From Mytilus trossulus (Eukaryota): 64,000 nucleotides of DNA. The stretch is from NCBI RefSeq assembly GCF_036588685.1, contig NC_086373.1, positions 6,014,001-6,078,000 of the forward strand, in the 5' to 3' direction. Positions 63,076 through 64,000 of this stretch are shown here, in pieces. Position 1 is the stretch's first letter. Each line of letters opens with the position of its first letter. The translations under genes and the position numbers were made by a program. The notes beneath the pieces were generated by a model. The model did no database searches. It was not told the DNA's origin and saw only the letters and a list, made by a program, of their open reading frames with translations.

Positions 63076-64000
63076 AGTAAAGATGTATATTGAGAAGGCG
63101 AACAACATTGATGAGCATTGAATAAACAATAGAATAATGGAATTACTGACACAAAAACCGTCAGATTCTTAAACTCTTTAGCCGAGTTTGTTTTATTATT
63201 CAATTTACTCATTGTTTGGTATAATATACCTGCGCCACATTTGAAAAGCAGTAGATTGTCAGCTGTAATTAACAGCATGCTGAACCAATGTTTGATTTTT
63301 ATCAGCTTACATGTTGTATTACATTTTGATAATTAGTATTTTTATAACACTTTTTGTGGTTCACTAAACCAAAACTTTGGAAAAACTTAACGGAGTTAAA
63401 CAGAATTTTAGCAGCAGCTTCATTCATTTCCGGAACAGCATTTAGAAACGTTATTGTAAATCTGCGGTATTTTACTGATAGGTGTATTAAATTTTGTTTC
63501 GCAGGCAAAAATTTAGATATTTTCTAAAGTTTAAGTGCGGTTTCGGTTTCACCTACTTTGTCAATCCTTTGTTGACGTAACGAAACGTTAACAGAATTCT
63601 TATCAATATTAAGTAGCAATATCAAAGTCAAATTTTAAACATGTGTATTTTTTAAAAAATATGGACAGTAACTTTGTGATAAAAATAAAGTTACCAGAAC
63701 GAAGCTATGATTGTTTTTATTTTTTTCCTAAAGTGTCAATGATATTAGTACTGTTTATCATTTGAATACAGTCTGGTTAAATTCCTTTTTATAGCAATAC
63801 TGGTAGCTTTGATAACCCTTCTTAATATTACTAATTAAACTTTCTCAAAATGGTTGTTCATGTTTTAGACATTTGAAGCAACATTTTGAAAAATACATTA
63901 TTCATTATTCTATAACTTTTTGTTAGAGGGATCTTTTTTTGTAATAAGAGTAACATGCTGTTAATTGTGTTTAGAAAACAATAACTTTGTCTAAAATTCT

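Overview
AT-rich, repeat-dense eukaryotic genomic DNA, almost certainly a mytilid mussel (Mytilus-like), judged from a mytimycin gene and mussel-type hammerhead repeats. Host genes reconstructed by hand: (1) a tandem pair of intronless secreted VWA-domain genes with Tyr/Pro/His-rich tails (11.0-15.7 kb, +); (2) a complete 6-exon RPS21 gene (19.9-24.5 kb, -), missed by the ORF track; (3) an 8-exon divergent CDC20/fizzy-family APC/C activator (36.6-47.4 kb, +) with one GC-AG intron; (4) a 3-exon mytimycin antifungal peptide gene (54.4-57.7 kb, +). The most unusual object is a ~8 kb non-LTR retrotransposon (24.6-32.55 kb, +) lying head-to-head with RPS21. It has three ORFs: a stand-alone SGNH esterase, a PHD-finger ORF1, and APE-RT. 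Its APE-RT frame has no AUG before the endonuclease start and opens right at a canonical U_UUU_UUA -1 frameshift heptamer. Its non-coding parts carry three copies of a 20-nt motif, each closed by a stem of different sequence, which suggests a conserved RNA structure I cannot assign to a known family. The window also has about 10 minimal type-I hammerhead ribozymes in retrozyme-like repeats (one tandem dimer with 366-nt spacing), Penelope and CR1 fragments, Helentron-like (HINE) elements, MITEs and minisatellites. All coordinates and splice models were read by eye; no searches were run.
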